Assembly: GCA_036269695.1 (NCBI GenBank) | Contig: DATBDY010000045.1 | Location: forward strand, 4,607-68,606 | Reading direction: 5' to 3' | DNA from: Allosphingosinicella sp. | GTDB taxonomy: Bacteria > Pseudomonadota > Alphaproteobacteria > Sphingomonadales > Sphingomonadaceae | Length of the DNA stretch: 64,000 nt | Part shown: piece after piece, positions 8,677 to 20,096 of the stretch | Layout of the letters: every line of letters starts with the position of its first letter | Position numbering within the stretch: position 1 is the first letter of the stretch | Notes under the pieces: generated by a model | Seen by the model: the letters and a program-made list of their open reading frames with translations, nothing else | Database searches by the model: none | What the model was told of the DNA's origin: nothing | Translations under genes and position numbers: made by a program

Positions 8677-9888
8677 GTGATGGAAATCGTCCACAGCCAG
8701 ATCGCGCGGCGGCGCTTCGCCGATCTGCCGCTCGCGGCCGCTTCGATCTGCGGCTTCTGGCTCTTCTATTTCCTGACCATCCTGATCCGGACCGGTCTGC
8801 TCGATCCGATGGGCACCTTCGCCGGCATTGGCCGGCACGCGCTCGGCTGCCTGTTCGGGATCGCCCTCACCTTCCTCGTCTGGCTCGTCGTCGATCGCGC
8901 GGCGCGGGAAAGAAGCCTGCGCGTGCAGGTCCTCGCCGCCGCCCTCGCCTGCCTACCCGCCTCCGCGATTTTCGCCACCTTCAACGCGGCCTTCTACATC
9001 TACCAGCCAATGGTGACGCAGACCGCCACCGAAAAGGGCGACGGCATCCTCCTCGAACGAACACCCTCGGGCGAGCTCCGGATCGAGCGTCAGGGCCAGC
9101 CGCCGATCATCGTCCAGGTGCCGAAGATGGGCGACGTGCTGATGCACGAAGCGCCCCGGGTGCTCGCGGAAGGCATGGTCACCTGGTATTTCTTCTTCGC
9201 CGCCTGGGCGAGCTTCTACCTTGCCGTCAGCTCGGCCCGGCAGCTGCGGGCCGCCGAGCGCCGGGAAACCAAGGCCAAGCGCGAGGCTCAGACGGCGCAG
9301 CTCAGGGCGCTCCGCTATCAGGTCAATCCGCACTTCCTGTTCAACACTTTGAACTCGCTCTCCTCGCTGGTGATGGGCCGGCGCGAGGACGAAGCGGAAT
9401 CGATGATCGTCAACCTTTCCACCTTCTTCCGCACCAGCCTCGCCATCGACCCGACCGAGGACATCCCGCTCGCGCAGGAGATCGAGTTCCAGCTTCTCTA
9501 TCTCGACATCGAGAAGGTGCGTTTCCCAAACCGGCTCCAGGTCCACACTGACATTCCGCACGACCTCCGGAACGTGAAGGTGCCCCCGCTCATCCTCCAG
9601 CCCCTCGTCGAAAATGCGATCAAGCATAGCGTCGCGCGAACGGCGGAGCCGGTGACGCTGACCATCCGGGCACGCGAGGAGGATGCGCGGCTGCTGCTGT
9701 CGGTGGAGAACGATCGCGGGCCTGTGGCGCCGGCCCCGCAGGGGGGCGAGCGTACCGGCGTCGGCCTCGTCAACGTCTGCGAGCGGCTCGCCGCCCGCTT
9801 CGGGCCCGAAGGCGAATGCGAGCACGGACCGCTGCCCGGCGGCGGCTATCGGGTCGCCCTCGCCATGCCGCTCGAGAGCGATGGCTGA
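8677..9888 (+). CDS. sensor histidine kinase, LytS/YehU type
   Basis: N-terminal TMs, the NPHFLFNTLNSL His_kinase motif, and HATPase motifs (LQPLVENAIKH, GVGLVNV). Confidence 0.85.
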   Translation: MMEIVHSQIARRRFADLPLAAASICGFWLFYFLTILIRTGLLDPMGTFAGIGRHALGCLFGIALTFLVWLVVDRAARERSLRVQVLAAALACLPASAIFATFNAAFYIYQPMVTQTATEKGDGILLERTPSGELRIERQGQPPIIVQVPKMGDVLMHEAPRVLAEGMVTWYFFFAAWASFYLAVSSARQLRAAERRETKAKREAQTAQLRALRYQVNPHFLFNTLNSLSSLVMGRREDEAESMIVNLSTFFRTSLAIDPTEDIPLAQEIEFQLLYLDIEKVRFPNRLQVHTDIPHDLRNVKVPPLILQPLVENAIKHSVARTAEPVTLTIRAREEDARLLLSVENDRGPVAPAPQGGERTGVGLVNVCERLAARFGPEGECEHGPLPGGGYRVALAMPLESDG

Positions 9889-10624
9889 GCCGATCCGCAT
9901 CCTCGTCGTCGACGACGAGCCGCTCGCGATCGAGCGGCTGCAGCTGCTGCTTGCCCGCATGGAGGGCGTGGCGCTTGCCGGCACCGCGCTGGAGGGGCAG
10001 GCGGCGTTGCGGCTGGTCGAAGCGACCGAGCCGGACGCGATCCTGCTCGACATCGCCATGCCGGGCATGGACGGAATCGACGTCGCGCGCGCCCTCGCCC
10101 GCGTGCCGAAGCCGCCGGTGGTGATCTTCGTCACCGCCTTCGACACGTTCGCGGTAGCGGCGTTTGACGTCGAGGCGGTCGATTACGTCATGAAGCCCGT
10201 CGCCGCCGACCGGCTCGCCCGCGCGATCGAACGGGCGCACGACCGGCTCGCCCGGCGCGCGGAAGAGCCGATGCCGGTCGGGCGGTCGTCGAAGCATCTG
10301 GAGGAATTCTGGGTGTCGGAGGCGCGCGGCCTCGTGCGCCTGGCCGCGACGGACGTCGACCGGATCACCGCCGAGCGCGACTATATGCGGCTCCATGTCG
10401 GCAAGAGGAGCTGGCTGATCAATCACACGATCGGCAAGCTGGAGGAGGAGCTGGATCCCGGCTGCTTCGTGCGGCTGCATCGCTCGGCGATGGTGCGGCG
10501 CGATTTCGTGAGCGGGCTCAGGCGGGACGAGACCGGCCGCTGGTATGCCCGGCTCGCCGACGGCGAAGAGCAGAAGGTCGGCCGCCTCTATCTCCACAAT
10601 GCGAAGGGGCTCGCCGGACGCTGA
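9881..10624 (+). CDS. LytR/AlgR family response regulator (receiver + LytTR DNA-binding domain)
   Basis: ATG 9881 overlaps the kinase stop. Receiver motifs RILVVDDEPLA and LLDIAMPGMDG, plus a C-terminal LytTR-like domain (DYMRLHV ... FVRLHRSAMVR). Confidence 0.9.
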   Translation: MAEPIRILVVDDEPLAIERLQLLLARMEGVALAGTALEGQAALRLVEATEPDAILLDIAMPGMDGIDVARALARVPKPPVVIFVTAFDTFAVAAFDVEAVDYVMKPVAADRLARAIERAHDRLARRAEEPMPVGRSSKHLEEFWVSEARGLVRLAATDVDRITAERDYMRLHVGKRSWLINHTIGKLEEELDPGCFVRLHRSAMVRRDFVSGLRRDETGRWYARLADGEEQKVGRLYLHNAKGLAGR

Positions 10625-10631
10625 AAGCGAA

Positions 10632-10676
10632 GCGTTGCGCGAAAAAGTGGGTACCGGTTTTTCGCATAGGCAACGC
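10632..10676. terminator. hairpin between convergent genes (possible bidirectional terminator)
   Basis: GCGTTGCGCGAAAAA ... TTTTTCGCATAGGCAACGC inverted repeat with A/T runs, between the 3' ends of 9881..10624 (+) and 10714..11046 (-). Confidence 0.4.
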
Positions 10677-10713
10677 GTCAAAGATGATCTCAACGTCCGG
10701 CAATGGTGGGAAC

Positions 10714-11046
10714 TTATTTCGTGGTAAGCGCCACCTGGGTGTCGCTGCCGCCGCGAAGCGCGATCTGCACCTCCGCATGGGCGCGGACGAGCGCAGTCTT
10801 CTGGCAGATATCCATATCGCGGCGGGCGCGGAGATCGGTGCCTTCGTCCGGCCCGCAGACCTGCCGCGCGGCGCCGTGGAGGCGCTGCTCGAGCCGGGCC
10901 GCATCGGCGGGATTGGCGAGATCGAGACCGGCAAAGGAGACGACGACCGTGCGCGTCTCCTCCTGGGCGGAGGCGGGGGTGGCGAAAGCGAGCGTCACGG
11001 CCGTCGCGGCCAGGGCGCCGAGCGTGGAAAGCACACGAACGAACAT
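10714..11046 (-). CDS. UrcA family protein
   Basis: 110 aa with a signal peptide (ATAVTLAFATPASA). The pattern AARLEQRLHGAARQVCG ... ICQKTAL is typical of UrcA. Confidence 0.75.
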   Translation of the reverse strand: MFVRVLSTLGALAATAVTLAFATPASAQEETRTVVVSFAGLDLANPADAARLEQRLHGAARQVCGPDEGTDLRARRDMDICQKTALVRAHAEVQIALRGGSDTQVALTTK

Positions 11047-11307
11047 GGGGAATATCCTTCAAATCGACTGCGAGGTGCGACGCGAGGGCTTTCCTCGGGG
11101 ATGATACAAGGTCGTCCCCCGCGCCGCTGAGTTCGGGATACGATTGCACCGCACCGGGCGCCCGCGGCATTCGACACGGGGCCGCAATGAGTCTGCGAAG
11201 CGCACAGCCCGCCGACGAAGCGCCGCCAGCGGTCGACGAGCGTCCCTCCGGGCGCGGGAAAGGAAGCGCCGCTGCTTCGTTGGTGCGGCAAACCGGGAGA
11301 CGAGACG

Positions 11308-11472
11308 ATGCGCAGCAACAACGGCAGCGGCAAGAGCAGCAACAACCGCGGCAATCCGATGCTCGAGGAGCATGAGCGCGCCCACGGCCGCTCGGGCGCG
11401 GCGATCACGGGCGAGAAGAAGGCCGCCAACGAACCCGATCGCCAAAGCGCACGGAAGCGCCAGACGAGCTAG
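11308..11472 (+). CDS. candidate small hydrophilic protein (54 aa), below the ORF-track cutoff
   Basis: Hand translation gives MRSNNGSGKSSNNRGNPMLEEHERAHGRSGAAITGEKKAANEPDRQSARKRQTS. Nearly every third codon position is G/C. GGGAGA lies 7 nt upstream of the ATG. Confidence 0.4.
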   Translation: MRSNNGSGKSSNNRGNPMLEEHERAHGRSGAAITGEKKAANEPDRQSARKRQTS

Positions 11473-11531
11473 CGCTTCGCAGGTGGGCGCGTGATTCTGG
11501 CGCCCGAAACGGCTAAGCTGACCCACCTGAA

Positions 11532-12257
11532 ATGGGGGTGGGCATGCAGGGCCAGAGCGCGATCAATGCGGCACCGACAGCAAAAGGGCTGGACCTGCTC
11601 GGCGTGGTGGAGGGGTTGCGCATTCATCGCGACCTTCCGGCGCTGCCGAGCGATCCGTTCCAGCTCGTCCTGTGGGACAATATCGGCGCGCTGATTCCGG
11701 ACGAGCGGCGCGCGGCCTTGTTCGCGGAGTTCGGCCATAAGGTTGGTTACGAGCCGGGCGCCATCCTCGCCGCCGATCCGGCGCTGCTGCTGTCGATCGC
11801 CGAACGCGGCGGCATGCGCCCGCTCGTGCGGGTCGAGCGCTGGCAGGAGAGCGCTGCGATCGTCCTCGAACGCGGCGGCGATCTCGCGGCGACGTTGCGC
11901 GCGCTCCCGGTCGCCAAGGCGCGGGCGCTGCTGAAGCGCTTCCCGGTGATCGGCGATCCCGGTGCGGACAAGATCCTGCTCTTCGCGGGGATCGACGCCC
12001 GCCCGAGCCTCGATCCGAACGGCCTGCGCTCGCTGGTCCGGCTCGGTTTCTTCCCGCAGCAGGCGTCTTATGCGGCGTCCTACAAAGCGGGCGTCACCCT
12101 GCTTTCCACGGCCGGAAAGCCCGATCGGGAATGGCTCATGGCGGCCTATCTGCGCCTGAGGGCGCACGGCAAGACCCTCTGCCGCCGCGGCACGCCGCTG
12201 TGCCACGCCTGCCCCTTCGACCCCGTCTGCGCCCACGCCCACGCCGATCAATTCTGA
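11532..12257 (+). CDS. endonuclease III-like HhH-GPD base-excision repair protein
   Basis: C-terminal Fe-S cluster loop C-x6-C-x2-C-x5-C (CRRGTPLCHACPFDPVC) with a HhH-GPD-like core. The exact start is uncertain. Confidence 0.75.
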   Translation: MGVGMQGQSAINAAPTAKGLDLLGVVEGLRIHRDLPALPSDPFQLVLWDNIGALIPDERRAALFAEFGHKVGYEPGAILAADPALLLSIAERGGMRPLVRVERWQESAAIVLERGGDLAATLRALPVAKARALLKRFPVIGDPGADKILLFAGIDARPSLDPNGLRSLVRLGFFPQQASYAASYKAGVTLLSTAGKPDREWLMAAYLRLRAHGKTLCRRGTPLCHACPFDPVCAHAHADQF

Positions 12258-12267
12258 GTGACGTTCC

Positions 12268-13704
12268 TCAATAGAGGCCGATCGCGCCCTTCATTGCGTC
12301 GAAGATCTTCTGCGTGTCGTAGCCGATGCCGGCCTTGAACACGGTCGGCATGCGATCGAGCGCCGACGCATCCCGCACCGGATCGCCGTCGACCAGGATC
12401 AGGTCGGCGCGCTTGCCGACCTCGACCGAGCCCGCGTCCCGCTCCCGACCGAGATAGCGGGCGCCGTTCAGCGTCGCGATCTTCAGCGCGTCGGGGAAGG
12501 AGAAGCCTTCCTCGACCAGCAATTGCACCTCACGCCGGCCGGACCAGCCGGGGACGACGCCGCCGTATCCGGTCGGGTCGGTGCCGGAGAGCAACGTGCC
12601 GCCCATCGCGACGAAGCGCCGCTCCATCCGCATCAGCCTGGGCAGGAAAGCGCGCCAGATCGCCGCCTGCGGCGCCTGCTGGATGGCGGTCCAGCGCGTC
12701 TCGTAGGACTGGCGCAGCGGCGGCGTCAGCAGCGCGCGCGCCGCTTCGGGTGCTTCCGGACGGCCCGCGGTGAAGGTCTCGAACACCGTCAGCGTCGAGG
12801 TCAGGGCCACGTGCCGCGCGATCAGGGTCCGCATCAGAGCGCCGATCTCCGGCCCGTCCGGATCGAGCGCGGCGATCGAGGCGATCGTCTGGCTCTGCGG
12901 CGGGCATTGGTCGGGCCGCTTGTCCTTCACGAAATCGGTGGCGACGGCGAAGCTGTGCTCGAGATTGTCGATGCCCATCGCCGAGGCTTCATTGTAGGTC
13001 ACGGAGCAGAGATGGCCGGTGAGCTTCAGCCCATGCCGGTGCGCCGCATCGATCGCCGCCTTCAGCTCGGCGCGGGTGATGTAGTTATAAGCCTTGAACG
13101 AGGTCGCGCCGGCGCCCGCCCAGTAATCGACGGTCCGGGTCGCGTCCGCCGCGTCCTTCAGCCGCACCATCTTGGCGGTGAGCAGGCGCGGCCCTTCGAG
13201 ATAGGGGCCGGTCGCGTCGATGTCCGGGCCCGGCTGCCGGCCCTCGGCGATCGCGCGGGCCGTGTTGATGTCGCCATAGGGCGCGAGGCTGCCGCCGGTG
13301 CGCATCGTCGTCGTGCCGCCGGCGAGGTAGAGGCGCGACATGCTGTAGGGATATTCCTCATATTCCCCACCTTTGGGCGAGGGATAGAACATGTGCTCGT
13401 GGACCATGACGAAGCCAGGCAGCAGGGTCTTGCCGCGTCCATCGATCACCGTGACGCCCGCCGACGCCGCGAGGTTGGGGCCGATCGCCGCGATCCGCCC
13501 GCCCCGCACCAGCACGGAGACGTCCTGCCCGGGCGCCGCGCCGGTTCCGTCGACGAGCTGGACATGCTGAAACAGCAGGTCCGGCTGCGGATAAGCGACG
13601 AACGCCGCATCCGCCGGCGCGAATTGCGGCGCGGGCGCCACAGGCTGCGGAGCGGGCGCCGCTGCAGTCGCAAATAGAAGCGGCAGGACCAGCAGCTGTT
13701 TCAT
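12268..13704 (-). CDS. amidohydrolase family protein (secreted)
   Basis: Signal peptide MKQLLVLPLLFATAAA, metal-binding HxH (MVHEHM), and conserved late Asp region. Confidence 0.85.
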   Translation of the reverse strand: MKQLLVLPLLFATAAAPAPQPVAPAPQFAPADAAFVAYPQPDLLFQHVQLVDGTGAAPGQDVSVLVRGGRIAAIGPNLAASAGVTVIDGRGKTLLPGFVMVHEHMFYPSPKGGEYEEYPYSMSRLYLAGGTTTMRTGGSLAPYGDINTARAIAEGRQPGPDIDATGPYLEGPRLLTAKMVRLKDAADATRTVDYWAGAGATSFKAYNYITRAELKAAIDAAHRHGLKLTGHLCSVTYNEASAMGIDNLEHSFAVATDFVKDKRPDQCPPQSQTIASIAALDPDGPEIGALMRTLIARHVALTSTLTVFETFTAGRPEAPEAARALLTPPLRQSYETRWTAIQQAPQAAIWRAFLPRLMRMERRFVAMGGTLLSGTDPTGYGGVVPGWSGRREVQLLVEEGFSFPDALKIATLNGARYLGRERDAGSVEVGKRADLILVDGDPVRDASALDRMPTVFKAGIGYDTQKIFDAMKGAIGLY

Positions 13705-13737
13705 GGGGCACCTCCACCCGTGTCCTAAACACAGCCA

Positions 13738-13803
13738 TCATTCCCGCGAAAGCGGGAATCCAGCTTCTGCTTTTTTCAGTGACTCCCGCTTTCGCGGGAG
13801 TGA
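13738..13803. repeat. dispersed palindromic repeat, family A variant
   Basis: TCATTCCCGCGAAAGCGGGAATCCAG ... TGACTCCCGCTTTCGCGGGAGTGA, with the same architecture as family A. Confidence 0.6.
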
Positions 13804-13806
13804 CGG

Positions 13807-15360
13807 TCAGGGCGCCAGCGATTCGATGTGCTTGAGCTCGCGGTGGCGGAGCTGGGTGTTGAAGCCGAGCGCCTGCGCAAGCTTGTCGTCCCAGCCATAG
13901 GGGTCGGGGCGGAAGACGACGCGGCCATTCTCCAGATAGGCGGTCTGGTACATCAGGCGCACCGGGATCGGCTTCGGCAGGGCGACGTTCGTCTCCTTCT
14001 GCGTCGCCAGCGCCTGCTCGAACTGGTTCCGGATGCCCTGCTCGTCGGCGAGCATCCGGGCGAAGCCGAGCGCGTCGTCGACCCGGGTGCAGCCGTGGCT
14101 GGCGTGGCGGTCGGGGCTGGCGAACAGGGCCTTGGCCGGCGTGTCGTGGAGGTAGATGGCATAGGGATCGTCCATGTCGAACTTGACGAGGCCGAGCGCA
14201 TTGTCCGGCCCCGGTTCCTGGACGAGGCGGCCGTTCTTCTCGGCGATGTGCTGCTTGGCCATATAGGCCGCGCCCTTCGGCCGCACTTCCTCGTCCGCGA
14301 TCTTGTCCGGGAGGGTCCAGTCGGGATTGGCGACGAGGCGGAAGATACGGGCGCCGATCTCGGGCGTTTCCCAACCGGGCTGGCCGACGACGACTCGGCG
14401 GACGTTCGCCGCCTGTCCGTCGCGCCAATAGGTGAGGACGGCGGCGGCGGTGTTGACGTCGATCCGCGTCGGCGGCGGGCTGCGGTCCAGCCAGCGGCGG
14501 CGCTCCAAATTGACCGCGAGGATGCGGGCGCGCTCGACGGCGCCGTTGTTCAGCGCCTCGAGCGTGTCGTTGCCGATGATGCCGTCGGGCTTGATGCCGT
14601 AGTCGAGCTGCACCCGCGCCACCTCGGAGGCCATTTGCTTGGTGTAGGTGGTCTGATCGACGGGCTTGGTCCCAGGCTGCGGCGCCGGGGCTTGGGTGGG
14701 GGCGAAGCCGTAGCGGCGCAGGGCCGCGGCGATGGCCGGGACGCGCGGGTCGCGGTGGCCGGGCTCGATCTTGTCGCCGCTCGGGATTGGCTGCGGCTGC
14801 GCGCCGGCGGAGGCCTGGCGGTAGCGCAGGAATTCGTCGGAGAGCGCCTTGTACTCCGGGTCGGACGGCGCGAGGCTCGTCAGCCAGTTGCCGACATGGC
14901 CCTGCGTCACCGCCTGCTGGAGACCGGCTGTGAGGTCGAATTTCGGCCGCGGCACCGTATAGGGATCGAACACCTTCTTCGGATCGACGACGCCGAAGGC
15001 CAGCGCATGGGCATAATCGAGCGCCGCCTTGGTCAGCGCAACCTCGCGCTCGGCTGGCGTGCCGCCCTTGGTTTCGTCGAGGAAGCTCTCGGCCTTGAGC
15101 CCCTGGCGCGGCGCGTCGGCCAGCGCGGCGCGGAGGTCCTTCGCCAAATCCTTGGTCCAGACGGCGCTCCAGCCCCGCGCCTCGTAAAAGCGGCGGACGT
15201 CCGGGTCGGTGGCCGCGGCCTGCAAATCCTGCGGCGCGATCTGCGCCAATTCCTGGCTCGGCGCGGCGCTGTTCTGGCTCCCGCCCCCGCCGCCGCCCAA
15301 TTGATTACACCCGCCGGCGAGCAGGGCCGCCAGCGATACGCACACCAACACCTTACGCAT
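13807..15360 (-). CDS. L,D-transpeptidase family lipoprotein (YkuD domain)
   Basis: Lipobox LLAGGC and catalytic region IYLHDTP ... ASHGCTRV. Confidence 0.85.
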   Translation of the reverse strand: MRKVLVCVSLAALLAGGCNQLGGGGGGSQNSAAPSQELAQIAPQDLQAAATDPDVRRFYEARGWSAVWTKDLAKDLRAALADAPRQGLKAESFLDETKGGTPAEREVALTKAALDYAHALAFGVVDPKKVFDPYTVPRPKFDLTAGLQQAVTQGHVGNWLTSLAPSDPEYKALSDEFLRYRQASAGAQPQPIPSGDKIEPGHRDPRVPAIAAALRRYGFAPTQAPAPQPGTKPVDQTTYTKQMASEVARVQLDYGIKPDGIIGNDTLEALNNGAVERARILAVNLERRRWLDRSPPPTRIDVNTAAAVLTYWRDGQAANVRRVVVGQPGWETPEIGARIFRLVANPDWTLPDKIADEEVRPKGAAYMAKQHIAEKNGRLVQEPGPDNALGLVKFDMDDPYAIYLHDTPAKALFASPDRHASHGCTRVDDALGFARMLADEQGIRNQFEQALATQKETNVALPKPIPVRLMYQTAYLENGRVVFRPDPYGWDDKLAQALGFNTQLRHRELKHIESLAP

Positions 15361-15485
15361 GAAGGGAATTTCCTCTCTGAACGGCTCCTCAACGTTCCCG
15401 GCACGCGATCCGATCCATGGCCGCCCGACGCGGACTCGTCGGGAGCGGTCCGGCCCTGCTAAGAAAGGCGGCGGGGGAGGACGCG

Positions 15486-15761
15486 ATGCTGTTCATGGTC
15501 ATCGAGCGGTTCGAGGGGAACGACATGGTTCCCGTCTATCGGCTGGTGAAAGAGAAGGGGCGGCAGCTCCCGGAGGGGCTGGATTACGTCAATTCCTGGA
15601 TCGCCGCGGATTTTAGCCGCTGCTTCCAGCTGATGCGCTGCGACGATCCGCTGCTGCTCCAGCAATGGGTGCTCGCCTGGCGCGGCGCCGGCGTCACCTT
15701 CGAGATCGTGCCGGTGGTGCCGAGCGCGGAGACACGATCGGCGGTAGAACCCCTGCTTTAG
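15486..15761 (+). CDS. DUF3303 family protein
   Basis: Start at MLFMVIERF. The pattern FEGNDMVPVYRLVKEKGRQLPEGLDYVNSWI is typical of this small family. Confidence 0.7.
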   Translation: MLFMVIERFEGNDMVPVYRLVKEKGRQLPEGLDYVNSWIAADFSRCFQLMRCDDPLLLQQWVLAWRGAGVTFEIVPVVPSAETRSAVEPLL

Positions 15762-15813
15762 CCGCTTGCACCAGGCCAACGCCCGTCTACGCTGCCTGCG
15801 GGAGGGGGCGCCG

Positions 15814-16359
15814 GTGACCCATTTCGAATTCGTCTTCTCGCTGTTCGGCCTGCTGCTCGGCCTGTCGCTGGCGGAGGTGCTCGGCGGAGCGGTGCGGACG
15901 CTGAAGGCGCGGCGGCGGGTGCGGGTCGGCTGGCTGACCCCTTTGCTCGGCCTGTTCGTGATGCTGAACCTCGTCTCCTTCTGGATGGGGGCATGGAACG
16001 CGCAGGCGCTGATCCCCGTCGCCTATCCCGCCTTGCTCATCGGCCTCGTCATCGCCGGCCTTTATTACATGGCGGCCTCCCTGGTGTTCCCCGAGGATCC
16101 CGACAAATGGCCGGACTTCGACGCCTATTATTTCGAGCACCGGCGGCAGGTGCTGGGCGGGATCTGGCTGTGCAACATCATGGTCTTCGCCTTGTCGCTC
16201 TGGGTGCGGCGGATAACGCCGTCGGGGCTCGCCATCCTCGTCGACGGCGTTCCGAGCCTGCTCGTCATCGTCGCGATGGTGAGCCGCAACCGCACCGTGG
16301 GCATCGCGATGCTGTCCCTGCTCGTCGCCATCTACCTGCTGCTCTGGATCGCGATCTAG
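15814..16359 (+). CDS. hypothetical integral membrane protein
   Basis: GTG 15814 preceded by GGGAGGGGG. Five or six hydrophobic segments. Confidence 0.55.
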   Translation: MTHFEFVFSLFGLLLGLSLAEVLGGAVRTLKARRRVRVGWLTPLLGLFVMLNLVSFWMGAWNAQALIPVAYPALLIGLVIAGLYYMAASLVFPEDPDKWPDFDAYYFEHRRQVLGGIWLCNIMVFALSLWVRRITPSGLAILVDGVPSLLVIVAMVSRNRTVGIAMLSLLVAIYLLLWIAI

Positions 16360-17456
16360 GCGCCCGCGCGACTTAACCGCCCCGCGCCTTCCGTCCCGAT
16401 CCGGGACAGCGAAAAACGGGGGGCAGAAGTGCGCGCTGCTTTGTGCCTAAGCCACGCTTGCGCCCTTCCTCATCCCGGGCGCGAGGGTGAACGCGAGAGT
16501 GGCAGGGCACAAGCTGCGCAGGAGACGAAAGAGCAGGCTTCCGCTCCTCGGGCGCGCGAGTGCCGGCTTCGCCCTGCTCGTGACCGCCGCCTCCTGCGTG
16601 CCCACCAGCGCGGCTTATGCGCCCGCCGCGACCGCCTTCGCCGCAACATCCGCCGCAGCACCCGCCCCGGCTCCCGCCGATGCACCGCCCGCGCCGCCGC
16701 CGATGGTGCTGCAGAATGTCTCGCCGACCGACGCCGCCGCAATCAACGCCTCCATCCCGCTCGCTTCCGTCGACAATCCGCGCGCGCCGTCGGTCGTCTT
16801 CCGCGCCGCCGCCCCCGTCGACCAGCTCCGCTCGGTCGATTGCCTCGCCCAGGCCGTCTATTACGAAGCGCGCTCCGAAGGGGTCGACGGCCAGCGCGCT
16901 GTCGCGCAGGTGGTGCTGAACCGGGTCCGCCATCCCGCATTCCCGAGCAGCGTCTGCGGCGTCGTCTATCAGGGGCCGCAGCGCGTCGGCGGCGGCTGCC
17001 AGTTCACTTTCACCTGCGACGGCTCGCTGGCGGTGGCGCCGTCCGGCCCGGCCTGGTCGCTCGCCCGCCGCATCGCCGCCGAAGCGCTGGCGGGTGAGGT
17101 GTACGCGCCCGTCGGCGAAGCGACCCATTATCACACCCAGCAGGTCGTCCCCGCCTGGGCCTTCCGGCTCGCCAAGGTGGCGGTGATCGGCGCCCACAGC
17201 TTCTATCGCCTGCCCGGCGCATGGGGCGAGCCCGGCGCCTTCCGCCAGGCCTATGCCCGCCGCGAGCCTTCGCCTTCCGTCCTGATCGCGACGCGACTCC
17301 CGGCTTCGGTCGGCCGCGTCGCGCCGACCCTGCCGGTGCTCGCGACAATGCTCCCCGGTGCACAGATGCCCGGGCGTGCGACCACTCCGCCGCCGCTCGA
17401 CGAGCGCCTCCCCGTCTCGCAGGTGAAGGCGGAATATCGCGATTCTGGCCGCTGGA

Positions 17457-19148
<1,692 letters not shown>

Positions 19149-19253
19149 CGTTCAACTCCGTTTCCAGGTTGCGCGGGCGGGCGCGTTCGTCGCATCCTCA
19201 ATGCTCCGTCCGCCGTCGCGTTGCAGGCGGGCGGCCATCGATGGAGGACCGAA

Positions 19254-19979
19254 TTGGAAACCCGGATCGACGAAATCTCGGATGGAATCTACCGTCTTTC
19301 CACCTTCGTGCCGCAAGTGGCGCCGCCGGCCGGCTTCACCTTCAACCAGTTCCTGGTGCTGGCGGACGAGCCTTTCCTCTATCATTGCGGCGCGCGCGGC
19401 ATGTTCCCGCTCGTTTCCGCCGCGGTGGCTCGGGTGATGCCGGTCGAAAAGCTGCGCTGGATCAGCTTCGGCCATGTCGAGTCCGACGAATGCGGCGCGA
19501 TGAACCTCTGGCTCGCCGCCGCGCCGCAGGCGCAGATCGTCTTCAACCGCCTCGGCTGCGACGTTTCGCTCAACGATCTCGCCGACCGGCCGCCGCGCGT
19601 AGTGACGGAGGATGAGGTGCTCGATCTCGGCGGCAAACGCATCCGCATCCTGCCGACGCCGCACGTCCCCCACGGCTGGGAGGCGCAGGCGGCCTTCGAG
19701 GAAACCACCCGCACCCTGTTCTGCGGCGACCTCTTCAGCCATGTCGGCGACGAGGGCCCGGTGACGGAGCAGGACATCGTCGACGTCGCCATGGCCGCGG
19801 AGGACATGTTCGGCGCCACCAGCCTCGGCCCCCAGACGGGCCCCACGTTGCGCCGCCTCGCGGAGCTGGAGCCGACGACGCTGGCCCTGATGCACGGCGC
19901 CTCCTATCGCGGCGATGGGGCGGCCGCCCTGCGCAGCCTCACTAACCGCTACGAAGCGCGCCTCCGCGTGGTCGCCTGA
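19254..19979 (+). CDS. MBL-fold metallo-hydrolase
   Basis: C-terminal part of ORF 17628..19979; the upstream part is antisense to the M28 gene. There is no in-frame ATG, so TTG 19254 is proposed. Metal motif FGHVESDECG. Confidence 0.65.
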   Translation: METRIDEISDGIYRLSTFVPQVAPPAGFTFNQFLVLADEPFLYHCGARGMFPLVSAAVARVMPVEKLRWISFGHVESDECGAMNLWLAAAPQAQIVFNRLGCDVSLNDLADRPPRVVTEDEVLDLGGKRIRILPTPHVPHGWEAQAAFEETTRTLFCGDLFSHVGDEGPVTEQDIVDVAMAAEDMFGATSLGPQTGPTLRRLAELEPTTLALMHGASYRGDGAAALRSLTNRYEARLRVVA

Positions 19980-19992
19980 GGCCTCCCCCACT

Positions 19993-20060
19993 TGCTCCCC
20001 GACGAAGGCCGGGGCCCAGATCTGACTCGGCAACTGGACCCCGGCCTTCGCCGGGGAGCA
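19993..20060. repeat. dispersed palindromic repeat, family A
   Basis: TGCTCCCCGACGAAGGCCGGGGCCCAG ... CTGGACCCCGGCCTTCGCCGGGGAGCA. Confidence 0.7.
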
Positions 20061-20096
20061 GAAAGGGTGTGGTCGCGGGGTTGAGCCTCGTTTCGC

